This document shows positions 20,920-31,081 of a stretch of DNA of 64,000 nucleotides, piece after piece. The stretch's first letter is position 1. Each line of letters begins with the position of its first letter. This DNA is from Deltaproteobacteria bacterium. GTDB taxonomy: Bacteria > Desulfobacterota_D > UBA1144 > Nemesobacterales > UBA2774. The position numbers were made by a program, and so were the translations under genes. The DNA is taken from positions 4,284 to 68,283 of the forward strand of contig JAJCZS010000009.1 in assembly GCA_029262275.1 (NCBI GenBank). The letters run 5' to 3'. The notes below the pieces were generated by a model, which made no database searches, was not told the DNA's origin, and worked only from the letters and a program-made list of their open reading frames with translations.

Positions 20920-22122
20920 CTATATTTCACAACTCGTGTGGAAAGGCTCAAAATTCGTTATCGCAGGTATTTCCATTAGAGCAGTAACTCCTGGTAAGGT
21001 ACCAACACCCCAGAAATTATTAATAGAATTTAGAATAGCGCCGCCCAATGCTTGATTAGGAACTACTCCAGCTGGAACAAAAAACCTGACTGCATTGCCT
21101 GCACCAATACCAGTAATACAGTTTCGTTTAACTCTTACTGTGTTCCAACCGGTACCTCCGGCACCTGCACCAGTTCTATGTGCACTTGCCAGGATAGCGG
21201 TTCCACTAGTGGTTATGTCGTTTATGGCAAAAAGAACGCCGTTAAAAACTGTTTGTCCGCCATTATCCGCATTAAATAAGCTAAATACAACACCGGTTGT
21301 TCCCATAATAGTGTTTCTAGTGATACGGATATCAGATACAGGAATACCAGGTTGATACAACTTTGAGATTACTACATCGTTGAGGTTGTTCATGAATAAA
21401 TTGCCCGTGATCCTTGTATCCTGGGCTTCTTCAAGATATATTGCCGCACCGCGAGAGAATGTATGGTCAGAGAAGGTATTTCCTCTGATTCTAACATTGC
21501 TCATTGTAGATGTGTTGCCCCCGTTAAGAACATATATTCCAATATCATTATCAGTAAAGTTTGAATCCTGAATTCTGGCACCATCCAGATGGGCTCTGGA
21601 GTTAATCCTGAAACCATGTCTGTTATTTTCAAAGGTGCACTCATCTACAAGTAAATTTGTAGCAGTTGAAGCATTACCAACCTCAATGCCGCGTTTACTG
21701 TTTAACATCGCAACACGTCGGATGGTTATGTTATCAAGTGTTTGACTTTTGTTAGCAACACGTATTGCTTGGCGTGCATTTTGAATTGTCAGATCTCTAA
21801 TTAATACATTGTTGGCAGTAATTCTAAAAACACTTTCAAAACCGTTTGGATCAATGACAGTAGCTCCTAATCCTGCACCAGATATAAAGAGCTCTTTTGT
21901 CACCAATATGTTACTTTCGTTATATATACCTGCCAGCACATTAATTATATCTCCATTCATAGTACCGGGATCATCTATTGCTTCCTGGATTGTAGCAAAA
22001 TCACCTGGAACTGTGATAATTGCAGCAGATGCAGTGCTAGAACTAATATAAGTAATTCCTAAAAGTAGAACACCTAATAATAAAAATGAAAAAGCTTGTG
22101 ATTTTCTACATGTTTTTCTCAT
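20920..22122 (-). CDS. secreted right-handed parallel beta-helix protein, paralogue 1
   Basis: Same conserved blocks; ATG at 22122 follows a GAAGGGGG RBS-like tract (ORF track starts at 22143). Confidence 0.8.
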   Translation of the reverse strand: MRKTCRKSQAFSFLLLGVLLLGITYISSSTASAAIITVPGDFATIQEAIDDPGTMNGDIINVLAGIYNESNILVTKELFISGAGLGATVIDPNGFESVFRITANNVLIRDLTIQNARQAIRVANKSQTLDNITIRRVAMLNSKRGIEVGNASTATNLLVDECTFENNRHGFRINSRAHLDGARIQDSNFTDNDIGIYVLNGGNTSTMSNVRIRGNTFSDHTFSRGAAIYLEEAQDTRITGNLFMNNLNDVVISKLYQPGIPVSDIRITRNTIMGTTGVVFSLFNADNGGQTVFNGVLFAINDITTSGTAILASAHRTGAGAGGTGWNTVRVKRNCITGIGAGNAVRFFVPAGVVPNQALGGAILNSINNFWGVGTLPGVTALMEIPAITNFEPFHTSCEI

Positions 22123-22311
22123 GGTATTGCCCCCTTCACACATTTACAATTAACTATTAAAAGACATAAATAACCCAACCTCAGTACTATTAATTATATT
22201 ATCACTACAATATCAAGTCAATCTCATTTATTAGATATAATTATACATCAATTTATTTTATTTAATTATGTTCTGTATAAACAAAATCACAGGTTATAAT
22301 ACTTGGCTAAT

Positions 22312-22964
22312 ATGATCGCTAAAGTATTTAGCAGTGCAGTTTTGGGGGTGGACGCCTATCTTGTTGAGGTAGAGGTTGATATCGCACTGGGGTTTCCTCA
22401 GTTCGCTACTGTAGGATTGCCTGACGGGGCTGTGAAAGAGAGCAAGGAGAGGGTTAGAGCAGCAATTAAGAACTGCGGATACGAATTCCCACAAAGAAGA
22501 ATCACGGTAAACCTTGCCCCTGCAGATATTAGAAAAGAGGGGTCCGCGTTTGACCTTCCAATATCACTTGGAATCTTGGCGGCCACAGGGCTTATTGATC
22601 ATGAAAAACTCCGTGACTATATAATACTTGGAGAGCTGTCCTTAGACGGCAAAATAAAATCCATAAAAGGCGCTTTGCCTTCTTCAATATGTGCAAGAAA
22701 CTCTAAGCTAAAGGGCATTATTCTCCCAAAGGAAAACGCCGAAGAAGCTGCTGTCGTAGATGGGGTCCAAGTACTGGCGCCGGATTCTCTTCAAGATCTG
22801 GTTGAGTTCTTTGCAGGTAAAAGGGAAATCACCCCAACTACAATAGATATAAAGTCCCTATTCAATCAGGCGAAGGAATATCAGATTGATTTCCACGAAG
22901 TAAAGGGACAGGAGCATGTAAAAAGGGCTCTTGAAGTTGCGGCAAGTGGAGGCCATAACCTGCT
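22312..22964 (+). pseudogene. comM: ComM/YifB Mg-chelatase-like ATPase, 5' half, interrupted by the integrated element (ORF closes at 22980 with an element-derived TMWS*)
   Basis: VGLPDGAVKESKERV, NLAPADIRKEG...FDLPI, GELSLDG and GGHNLL motifs; continues at 48530. Confidence 0.95.
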
Positions 22965-22990
22965 TACGATGTGGTCTTAAAACCACTTAT
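22945..22990 (+). other. attL (comM B arm + CT core at 22963-22964 + P' arm)
   Basis: P' arm TACGATGTGGTCTTAAAACCACT is the near reverse complement of the P arm AGTGGTATTAAGAACACATCATA at attR. Confidence 0.9.
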
Positions 22991-23053
22991 TTTTACCCCT
23001 TCATAGCTATCGTTCAAGAGAGTATTAGACTTAGAAGCCGGCCTAAGTATTAG
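22964..23053 (+). other. cryptic 29-codon integrase C-terminal tail, fused in frame to the integrase only after excision/circularisation
   Basis: attP reconstruction gives ...TSY-LRCGLKTTYFYPFIAIVQESIRLRSRPKY*; frame and stop are conserved in the second copy at 38295-38372. Confidence 0.65.
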
Positions 23054-23184
23054 TTTTGGCTACATTCTCTTATTAGAGCACTAAATAGAGAATATTAGCA
23101 AGGAGCAAGAGGAAACAAATTAAAAATTGTAATTGCTATCGAAGCTCAAAACATTTGATATAAATCAAATTACAAACAATAGCT

Positions 23185-23676
23185 CTATACTAGTGAAATG
23201 ATAAATAAAACTGTAGACAATATGCAGGCTACAGTTCTAACATGATTCCAAGCAGTCCAGTTTAATAGATAGGTTGACCAAAGTTCAGCAGCCTCAACTG
23301 TATCTGGTATTGAACTATCAAGTGTCTTATTCATAGGAACATTATATACAACCGTTACAAGAAACATTCCAATCAGATAGACAAGAGCACCCATTATAAC
23401 GTAAATTGCTCCAGGTTCTCCCCACATCCAAATCATTGATAGAACCAGAACAAGAGAGAGTACTGCTGTTCCAAAAAAAACAAAAAAGAATAACGGATTT
23501 AGAATCTCTTTATTTATTGACTTCATCGATGCAATACCCTGGGGTGGTGGGAGCTTGCTGAGAGCCTTCATTATTGTATTTGAAAATATGAAGAATAGAC
23601 CCGCCATTATCCCTGAACCGACTGCCGATAATAAGACTGCCACAAAGTATATGCTAGCCACTAGATACCTCCTCAT
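23185..23676 (-). CDS. DUF1772 / anthrone oxygenase family membrane protein
   Basis: MAGLFFIFS...NVPMN...WNHVRT motifs; start uncertain (track 23688). Confidence 0.85.
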   Translation of the reverse strand: MRRYLVASIYFVAVLLSAVGSGIMAGLFFIFSNTIMKALSKLPPPQGIASMKSINKEILNPLFFFVFFGTAVLSLVLVLSMIWMWGEPGAIYVIMGALVYLIGMFLVTVVYNVPMNKTLDSSIPDTVEAAELWSTYLLNWTAWNHVRTVACILSTVLFIISLV

Positions 23677-24523
23677 TGCTCCATGCACCTTCAGCTGATG
23701 CTTTCTCTAAATAGTCTCTAAAATCTCTTGGCTCTCTCCCGAGAGCACGCTGAACGCCGTCGCATAGATAGGAGTTTCTTCCGTCTAAAACTGTTGTAAA
23801 AAGATAGTTAACTAGATCAATATATTCTTTTGGTACTCCTTCTTGCTCCATTCCGTCTGAGAAATCCTGTGCAGAGATCTGCATGTACTGAAGATCGATT
23901 CCTGCTCCCTCTGAAATCTCTTTAACTGCCTGGGTGAATGTCATAAGCCTTGGTCCGGTTAGCTCATAAAGCTCGCCACTGTGACCTTCTTCTGATAATG
24001 CAGCAACCGCAACGTCGGCTATGTCATCAGCATCGATAAAGGGCTCTTGAACATCTCCTGCTGGAAGTGCTAGTGTTCCTGAGAGAATTAAATCCCTCAT
24101 GAACGCCTCGCTGAAGTTCTGTGCGAACCAGCTAGCTCTGACAACTGTCCATTCAACACCCGAGTTCATCACGATCTGCTCACATCTCTGAGCTTCTTCT
24201 TCACCCCTGCCCGAGAGAAGTACTAATTTTTTAACGCCGCTTTTAACTGCAAGATCCGTAAATGCCTGAATTGCCTCTGGTGCTCCAGGCACTGCTAGGT
24301 CGGGATAGAATGAGACATAGACAGAGCTTATCCCATCAAGTGCAGGAGACCATGTGCTTTGGTCATACCATTCAAACCCTGGGTCTACGCTTCTAGAGCC
24401 TACCCTCACAGACAAACCCTTATCTCTTAATTGATCAACTATTCTACGACCTGTTTTTCCTGTACCGCCGAGAATTAAAATATTGTTCTTTTCTAATTCA
24501 TTATCGTTGGTATTATGCATCAC
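23654..24523 (-). CDS. NmrA-like NAD(P)H-binding protein
   Basis: GGTGKTGRR Rossmann motif; RASWFAQNFSE. Confidence 0.9.
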   Translation of the reverse strand: MMHNTNDNELEKNNILILGGTGKTGRRIVDQLRDKGLSVRVGSRSVDPGFEWYDQSTWSPALDGISSVYVSFYPDLAVPGAPEAIQAFTDLAVKSGVKKLVLLSGRGEEEAQRCEQIVMNSGVEWTVVRASWFAQNFSEAFMRDLILSGTLALPAGDVQEPFIDADDIADVAVAALSEEGHSGELYELTGPRLMTFTQAVKEISEGAGIDLQYMQISAQDFSDGMEQEGVPKEYIDLVNYLFTTVLDGRNSYLCDGVQRALGREPRDFRDYLEKASAEGAWSNEEVSSG

Positions 24524-24842
24524 ATGCTCCTTTTACAGTAGAAAGTTTTACTGAATATCTGGTATAAAATTTATTATAGCAAATATATTCCTTTTACAAA
24601 ATTGAATTTAATCTCCGTCTTTTTTTTAACTGAGAAAATCTTTAGATATGACAAGTGTGGAAACATTGTGACTTCTGCACACGACATTTCTTAAGTCATA
24701 TTCTTTTATCAATAGGACTAATCCAATCTTAACTTTAGTTGAATCTTACTTTGAAGAAACTACATCCTAAAAAGTAATATTTGATATGATTGCAAGATAC
24801 TAGGTTTTAATGCGATCTAAATTTTAAATTTAGGAGAATAAA

Positions 24843-25301
24843 ATGACTGATATAGCTGTTGCTAATGAAGATGATGCCAGCGTGCTAAGTAACATTTCCT
24901 TGATGGCATTTAAAGAAGATTATGATAAGTACGGTTCTTATCCTACCGGTATTGAATCCTCAAAATGGCATGAATCACAAATAAAAAAAGGCAATTATTA
25001 CAAAATAAAGTTCGATGATGTGGTTGTAGGTGGCATTGATTTAATTTGTAAGGAATCCGACCACATTGAAGTAGGGTTGTTCTATATAAGCCCAGATTAC
25101 CAAAACAAAAAAATTGGTGTGTCAACGATAAACTTGGTTGAAAAGAAATATCCAAACATTCGGAAATGGTCATTAGTAACACCTTACAAGGATTATAGGA
25201 ATCATCATTTTTATGAAAAATTAGGTTATGTAAAAATTGGTGAATATCGTCCTGAACCTGATTCGGATTTCACTTTGTATGAATATGAAAAAATAGTATA
25301 G
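24843..25301 (+). CDS. GNAT family N-acetyltransferase
   Basis: ISPDYQNKKIG and HHFYEKLGY motifs. Confidence 0.85.
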   Translation: MTDIAVANEDDASVLSNISLMAFKEDYDKYGSYPTGIESSKWHESQIKKGNYYKIKFDDVVVGGIDLICKESDHIEVGLFYISPDYQNKKIGVSTINLVEKKYPNIRKWSLVTPYKDYRNHHFYEKLGYVKIGEYRPEPDSDFTLYEYEKIV

Positions 25302-25330
25302 GATAATTAAGATCAGAAGAGGTATGTATA

Positions 25331-25762
25331 ATGAGTAAAGAAAAATTCCTGCTTCCTTCAATGTGGTTTCTAAGGATTGCTCTTGCGATTTCATTCCTTT
25401 CAGCTGTTGCAGATCGATTTGGCTTATGGGGATCGCCCGGAGCTGCAAATGTTGCCTGGGGTGATTGGCCGACATTTGTGGAGTAAGTTGCAGTACTGAA
25501 CTGGTTTGCTCCTTTTTTTTTGATCACAATATTAGCATGGGCAGCAACTATATTTGAATTAATAATTGCAATTGGATTGCTTATTGGCTGGCACTTACGC
25601 TGGTTTGCACTTTCAGGCGGAGTACTTCTGCTGTTATTTGCGATTACTATGACATTAGCGTTCGGAATTAAAACGCCTCTAGATTATTCAGTGTTTAGTG
25701 CTTCTGCTGGTGCATTTCTATTAGCAATAATTAGTTCTAAGGAAGTAACTGTGGAATTGTAA
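25331..25762 (+). pseudogene. DoxX family membrane protein with an in-frame TAA at codon 52 (25484-25486)
   Basis: LRIALAISFLSAVADRFGLWG...AWGDW before the stop; frame continues into the track ORF 25520-25762. Confidence 0.75.
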
Positions 25763-26111
25763 ATAATATGCTTTATTAAATGATCAATTTTTGAAATTCA
25801 AGACTTAAACCTATACTGCAGCATCTAAGACCTATGTAATGACCTTTGTACTAGCTTGGTTATAATCAGTTCTTAGTGGTAGAACAATATTCTCAAATAG
25901 TTAGAATTGCTGGATTTATTTCAAATCACTCTTACGATATGGTCCGATTATAAGGGAGCAGATCAATTCATTTTCTTAATCCCTTGGATTCTATTATTTT
26001 CTAAGTTTATATGATTCAGGTAGGTATTTTGGAAATAAAAGAAATTTTCCAGCTCATTAATAATGACTATAACAAACTAGGGGTTTGGTTCATATTAAGA
26101 CCAAGAAACTA

Positions 26112-26537
26112 TTAGTACTTGCATTCCCCAATCGATCCAGGCTCACACTGTCTTCCATTAACCCAGTAGGTATTATCGAAGATAGCTCCGTCCAACTTTG
26201 CACCACCTATTAATGATTTTGTGAGAAATGCAGAAATAACCTTAGCATCCTCAAAATTGGTTCCTTGAAGGTTTACTCCTAATAAAGAAGCTCCAGTAAG
26301 ATTGGCCTGAGAAAGATTAGCTCCTTCAAGATTAGCTAATTTTAAGTCTGCCCCAGAAAGGTTCGCGTTGCTTAAATCTATATCTTTTAAGTATGCACCG
26401 GCCTTATTGCAACCTTGCCAGTCTACACCTGGCCCCGGAGGATCATCGCACTTTGCAAAAGCAGTAAATGTAATTAGAAGAACAACAGAGCTACTTAGAA
26501 ATGTTCTGAAAAGTAACCTTAATAATTTTTTGTTCAT
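26112..26537 (-). CDS. secreted pentapeptide repeat protein
   Basis: A(N/D)L(S/T)x repeats bracketed by Cys motifs; signal peptide. Confidence 0.9.
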   Translation of the reverse strand: MNKKLLRLLFRTFLSSSVVLLITFTAFAKCDDPPGPGVDWQGCNKAGAYLKDIDLSNANLSGADLKLANLEGANLSQANLTGASLLGVNLQGTNFEDAKVISAFLTKSLIGGAKLDGAIFDNTYWVNGRQCEPGSIGECKY

Positions 26538-26608
26538 AAAGTATTACCTCTATTTATATAGACATATCACAAAAGTACCCACAGTCAATATAAAAAATCG
26601 AAATACTT

Positions 26609-27466
26609 CTATTGATTTTTGTCGGGAGTCCACATTACTGATCTCACACTACCTTCTAAGATCTCGAACATTTTATAATCAGGGTAGAGCTCCTTCATCT
26701 TATTTATTGCATCATCTATAGTTTCAGAATTGTTAGCCGACTCTTTAAAATTCATCAAATATTCCTCAGCCCGCTCCAGAATCTCAGCAGTTCCAACCGG
26801 CCCGTGTCCAGGATAAACACTAGTGATGGGACCGATGGAGCGAATGGTCTTAAGTTGTTCCAGCCAGTTATCAATATTATTTTCACCCAACCACATATGT
26901 ACGCCATTACTTGCTAGATCCCCAACGAATAAGGTTTCATGTGATGGAATATAGATGATGGTATTTTCAATGCTTTCGCCGTTTCTGAAAGTCTTGAAGA
27001 TAACAGTTGTATCTTCATGTTTAAAACTCTTATTTTCAAGAATAGTTATTTCTCCAAAATCCTGCGGTTCTCCTTCGGCATCTTTCCAGTATTTCATCGT
27101 GTTTTTAACCTCGGCAATAGTACGAGACCCCCCCATGATTTCGGCATCTTCAAACTCAATCCCCAGAACCTCAAGACCATAATAATGGTCTGGGTGAGGA
27201 TGAGTGATTACTATCTTTGATAACTTTTTACCAGTGGAGCTGATTAAATCTCTAGCCTTCCTACCCTCCTTAGAGGAAAATTGTGCATCAATTAGAATAG
27301 CTTCATTTTCTCCTATGAGGATATGGGAATTACTCAAAAACCCTTCCGGGGATGCTTTGTAAGTTACAACGGAGAAATTAACCTTTGTATCAGTCGGAGC
27401 AGACAAGGATATAAATGAAAAAGAAAACGTAAATGAAAAAAGAAAAATAGATATAAAGATCAGCAT
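26609..27466 (-). CDS. secreted MBL-fold metallo-hydrolase
   Basis: THPHPDH, GDL and PGHG motifs; start moved from 27658 because the track ORF overlaps the P460 gene. Confidence 0.85.
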   Translation of the reverse strand: MLIFISIFLFSFTFSFSFISLSAPTDTKVNFSVVTYKASPEGFLSNSHILIGENEAILIDAQFSSKEGRKARDLISSTGKKLSKIVITHPHPDHYYGLEVLGIEFEDAEIMGGSRTIAEVKNTMKYWKDAEGEPQDFGEITILENKSFKHEDTTVIFKTFRNGESIENTIIYIPSHETLFVGDLASNGVHMWLGENNIDNWLEQLKTIRSIGPITSVYPGHGPVGTAEILERAEEYLMNFKESANNSETIDDAINKMKELYPDYKMFEILEGSVRSVMWTPDKNQ

Positions 27467-27515
27467 AGAAGATCTATAAACCTGGCTAAAACTATAATTA
27501 TTAAGTTTGAATAAC

Positions 27516-28064
27516 CTACTTAAGAACCGGATAGCCTTCAATGTATATCCAATCGGTTTGTTTAGCAGGTATGTGACAGCCAAGGCAATCCTTTTTGTAA
27601 TTAGTTGAAACATCTTTTGAAGGGTCATCAGCATAATAAAGAGCCCATCCCCATCCATCGCCCCACTTAGGATTATCGGGGAATCTCCCTTTTTCGTCCT
27701 TTACCATAACAAACCAGAGCACAAGGTCTTGGGCATGCAATACCCCTTTTCCAGTAGTCATGTCCTGGACAGCTTCAGAAAGTACTTCCTTTACTAGCAC
27801 TGCCCCATCAGGGAACTTGTTGCCATTTTTCTTATATTTCTCGACCACTCCAGGCTCTGTGTATACGTTATGAATACCGCTCTTCCTGTCCTCGGGATGT
27901 ACCCAGGAACCCAGGTACGTCCATTTCTCACGGAACTCAGTAGGGCGTGTAATATTACCCTCTGAGTCCACATATCGCGAGAATGATTCATTTTCCTCGG
28001 CATGTGCGGAAAACAGTAATCCTAGCGTAAATATGGTAACTACTGTTAATAATAGGCTATTCAT
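27516..28064 (-). CDS. cytochrome P460 family protein (Phe at the distal Glu-equivalent position)
   Basis: C-terminal CLGCH, cross-link-type Lys in GAVLVKE, GWGW motif; GGAGG RBS before ATG 28064. Confidence 0.85.
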   Translation of the reverse strand: MNSLLLTVVTIFTLGLLFSAHAEENESFSRYVDSEGNITRPTEFREKWTYLGSWVHPEDRKSGIHNVYTEPGVVEKYKKNGNKFPDGAVLVKEVLSEAVQDMTTGKGVLHAQDLVLWFVMVKDEKGRFPDNPKWGDGWGWALYYADDPSKDVSTNYKKDCLGCHIPAKQTDWIYIEGYPVLK

Positions 28065-28130
28065 ATAATGCTTCCTCCTTATTTTGATTTCACGGCCCGG
28101 ATAAGCACATAATACTGTGCACTTACCCAA

Positions 28131-28757
28131 TCACTTACATGGACGCATAGCACGCGCATGCAGAGCATTAGTCTTCTTCTGGCTATTCAGCACAAGACCA
28201 TCGAAGAAATTCACAGTCCAAGCGTTGTCAGCAATGATTTTGCTTTCTGTAGAGGTCCAATAGTAGGTTGTAGCAGTTTCTCCAAAGACACTGCTCGCTG
28301 GACGAAACGAACTATAGTTTACTATGCTTTGTAATTTTTTTACATCCGGGATACACCAGTCCATATGTCCCGTGAATCCACATTTTTCACCCTTAGCACA
28401 GTCCTTATTACCTTCACAATCGGTTACTCCTTCACCTTCACATGTGTTGTTAAGCGCGTTTAGAAAACCTTCAAACAAAGACCCATCAAGACCGGTATCA
28501 TCATTACCCTCAGTCCAGGTATAGGTATTGTCCACATCATGAATGCTATCGTTGTCAGTTTTAATCTCCCACACGATATTAGTTTCCTCATCCGTAAATG
28601 TACCGTCTCCGTTGTCCTTGTAATTTGATGACGGACCGTACCTTTCTACCCCAATTGCATTGGGTATATAGTACCCTTCACCAGGAAAATAACCTGAGTC
28701 TATGTTCATAATAGCTAAAATTAGCATTGCCAAAAGTGCTAGAAAAAGCTTCCCCAT
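28131..28757 (-). CDS. DUF1566 (Lcl C-terminal) domain secreted protein
   Basis: NGDGTFTD...W, YWTST, AWTVNFFDG motifs. Confidence 0.85.
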   Translation of the reverse strand: MGKLFLALLAMLILAIMNIDSGYFPGEGYYIPNAIGVERYGPSSNYKDNGDGTFTDEETNIVWEIKTDNDSIHDVDNTYTWTEGNDDTGLDGSLFEGFLNALNNTCEGEGVTDCEGNKDCAKGEKCGFTGHMDWCIPDVKKLQSIVNYSSFRPASSVFGETATTYYWTSTESKIIADNAWTVNFFDGLVLNSQKKTNALHARAMRPCK

Positions 28758-28873
28758 TCAGTTACTTCTCCTCTAAAGTGAATTGGCATATATTAAATTC
28801 TTAGCTTGTAATCCACATTACAAGAAGATTTTATGACTTATATATAGATATTTATCTGATAATTATGTCCTTA

Positions 28874-29488
28874 TTATTTTTTCCCCTGCATCACAGATTG
28901 TGCTGCTCTTAATACAGGATAGTACTGTGTAAACACCCAGTCCTCAGCTGCAGCTGCCTGATGACAAGCGTTACAGGACGCCGCTGGCTGTAATTTAGCT
29001 GATTCAGGATAGGGAGGGGGCTTGTGACTGAATGAGAAATATACCCAATTGCCGGGCTCGTCAGGGTAGCGTTTTTTACTCTTATACGCGGCCTCGAGTC
29101 CTATAAATTCTCCCTCAAAAAAGCCTTTACCACTTACGGCCTGAGTCGCACCTACGCTCACAAGCTCTTTTATTAACAAAGTGCCTTCAGGGAATTCTCC
29201 GGTCTTTGAGTAATGCTCAAAGCTGTCGGGATCCATATAAACGTTGTGAAATTCAGGAAATGGTGCTTCAGGGGGATTAAGCGAATTTGGAGTAAGGGGA
29301 GTACCGACATATATCCATTTCCTCCACGCAAAATCCTTGGGCTGAATCAAGTTTCCTTCTTTATCGAATTGTGCATGCTCTTTCGATTCGGCTTGAGGAA
29401 TTGATAATCCTACCATCACAATGAATAAAAAGACGGCTACTGATGTAAAGACCCGATAAACAAAATACTTTGAAAAAACTCTAGACAT
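28874..29488 (-). CDS. cytochrome P460 (CytL-like, distal Glu retained)
   Basis: PLTPN...EFHNVY, GTLLIKELVSVG, IGLEA, CNACH, VFTQYYPVLRAA. Confidence 0.9.
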   Translation of the reverse strand: MSRVFSKYFVYRVFTSVAVFLFIVMVGLSIPQAESKEHAQFDKEGNLIQPKDFAWRKWIYVGTPLTPNSLNPPEAPFPEFHNVYMDPDSFEHYSKTGEFPEGTLLIKELVSVGATQAVSGKGFFEGEFIGLEAAYKSKKRYPDEPGNWVYFSFSHKPPPYPESAKLQPAASCNACHQAAAAEDWVFTQYYPVLRAAQSVMQGKK

Positions 29489-30042
29489 TTAAAACCTCCT
29501 TAAAAATGATTGTTTCAGAAAATCATATTCGCGAGGCTAAAAAGCAAGAACTTTCATAAAAAAATTATTTTTTAAGGACACAATTGGGAAACAACGAAAC
29601 GGTAGTGGAGATCTGTAAGAAGGGAAATATTGAACTGATAATTAAATTGAGACCCGCCGTAACCCATATGATAGCAAAGCTAAATATCCGCCCCCTAACC
29701 TAATTCCAACCTTATCACAATTATAAATTAATATCAAGGATTCTTTAATCATGCTTAATATGGCCGTGTTGTTTCACTGTGGTGCATTAAATAACTATGC
29801 TTCAGGGATATTTAGAATGTGTCCCCAATCTGTATTTTCTAAGAGCTTTGACATAACTATTCTTCACTTTACAGATCTGTATATCAAACTACATCCAATA
29901 ATTATGATTACGGTATGTCGACAAATAATGATATTTCATAACATAAAACTATTTGATTCATAACATTGAATTCCACGCTAAAAATAAATATTTTCATATA
30001 TTTAAGGCACTTAGGTGGTTTTGCTAATTGTGCAAACAAGTT

Positions 30043-30058
30043 TGGCACACCCCTTGCA
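30043..30058 (+). promoter_or_regulatory. sigma-54 -24/-12 promoter upstream of the cupin operon
   Basis: TGGCAC-ACCCC-TTGCA. Confidence 0.8.
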
Positions 30059-30096
30059 CTATATGAAGATAAATCAATTGTTAAGGAGGCAGTAAA

Positions 30097-30570
30097 ATGA
30101 GTGAAGCGTTAAGAATGAGTAGCGAATTTAAGCAAGACCCGATTTTAGTAATGCCAGGAGGTGGCGATGAAATACTCATGGGCGGAAGCCAGTTTCTTCA
30201 CAAAGTTAAGAGTGAAGCTACAAACAATGTGTTTTCCGTAATTGAGATTATCAGCCCACCTGGAAAAGGAGTTTCCATGCATGTCCACGAAAACGAGGAC
30301 GAGCTTGTATATCTTCTTGAGGGAGAAATAGAAGTCACCCTAGGGGATCAAACTATGACTGCTGTTGCAGGAGTAATGGCTCTCTTGCCAAGAGGTATCC
30401 CTCATGCGTTTGTAAATAAGGGAGATAAACCAAGCAGGCTTCTCGATACTATTTTGCCAGGCCCGTTTGATAATTATTTTGTTGAGCTTGCTGCGTTATA
30501 TTCCGCAGGCGAGCCTTCAGATGAAGAAGTAGATGCTTTATCAAAAAAATACTCAATCCAATATTTATAA
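30097..30570 (+). CDS. cupin domain protein
   Basis: HVHENEDE...GE and PRGIPHAF motifs. Confidence 0.85.
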   Translation: MSEALRMSSEFKQDPILVMPGGGDEILMGGSQFLHKVKSEATNNVFSVIEIISPPGKGVSMHVHENEDELVYLLEGEIEVTLGDQTMTAVAGVMALLPRGIPHAFVNKGDKPSRLLDTILPGPFDNYFVELAALYSAGEPSDEEVDALSKKYSIQYL

Positions 30571-30604
30571 TTGGATTGTTATAAAAAAAATAGGAGGAAT
30601 TAAA

Positions 30605-30961
30605 ATGAAACATTTAAGACTTATAACACTATCATTAGTATTGGCAATTGCTTTTTCTGTAGCTTTCAGCGGTTCATCTTTCGCAGATAGTAAGGATGAT
30701 CATGCGACAATAAATGGTAATGTCATTTGCTTATTGCCGGATTACAAAACCGGTACTGTTAATCCAGTTATTGCTACAGCACCATGTGACGGCTATCCGC
30801 CACATCATCATGTAGTTGTAACAGACACAGCTGTTTATTCGCTTCAAGGTTTACAGGATGGTTTAACCAAAATTGAAAAGAACCCTAATAGAACAAATGT
30901 TGCTCTCACTGGTAAGATTCAGGGAAGTGAACAAACCGGATGGGTGCTCTTTGTAAACTAA
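30605..30961 (+). CDS. secreted hypothetical protein (Cys/His motif)
   Basis: GGAGG RBS, signal peptide, ICLL...PCDGYPPHHH. Confidence 0.65.
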   Translation: MKHLRLITLSLVLAIAFSVAFSGSSFADSKDDHATINGNVICLLPDYKTGTVNPVIATAPCDGYPPHHHVVVTDTAVYSLQGLQDGLTKIEKNPNRTNVALTGKIQGSEQTGWVLFVN

Positions 30962-31081
30962 CAGAACAATAATATAAGGGAAAGGACTCATTACCTTTAA
31001 GAGTATTGAGTCCTTTTTTCAACACATAAGATCTAAATGTATAAGAATTGAATTTCAAGACAAATAGGAGGTAATACCATC

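Noticed and set aside
22303-22980. Track ORFs 22303-22980 and 48531-49406 as two independent intact genes
   Set aside because: They are the two halves of one comM, joined exactly by removing 22965-48529.
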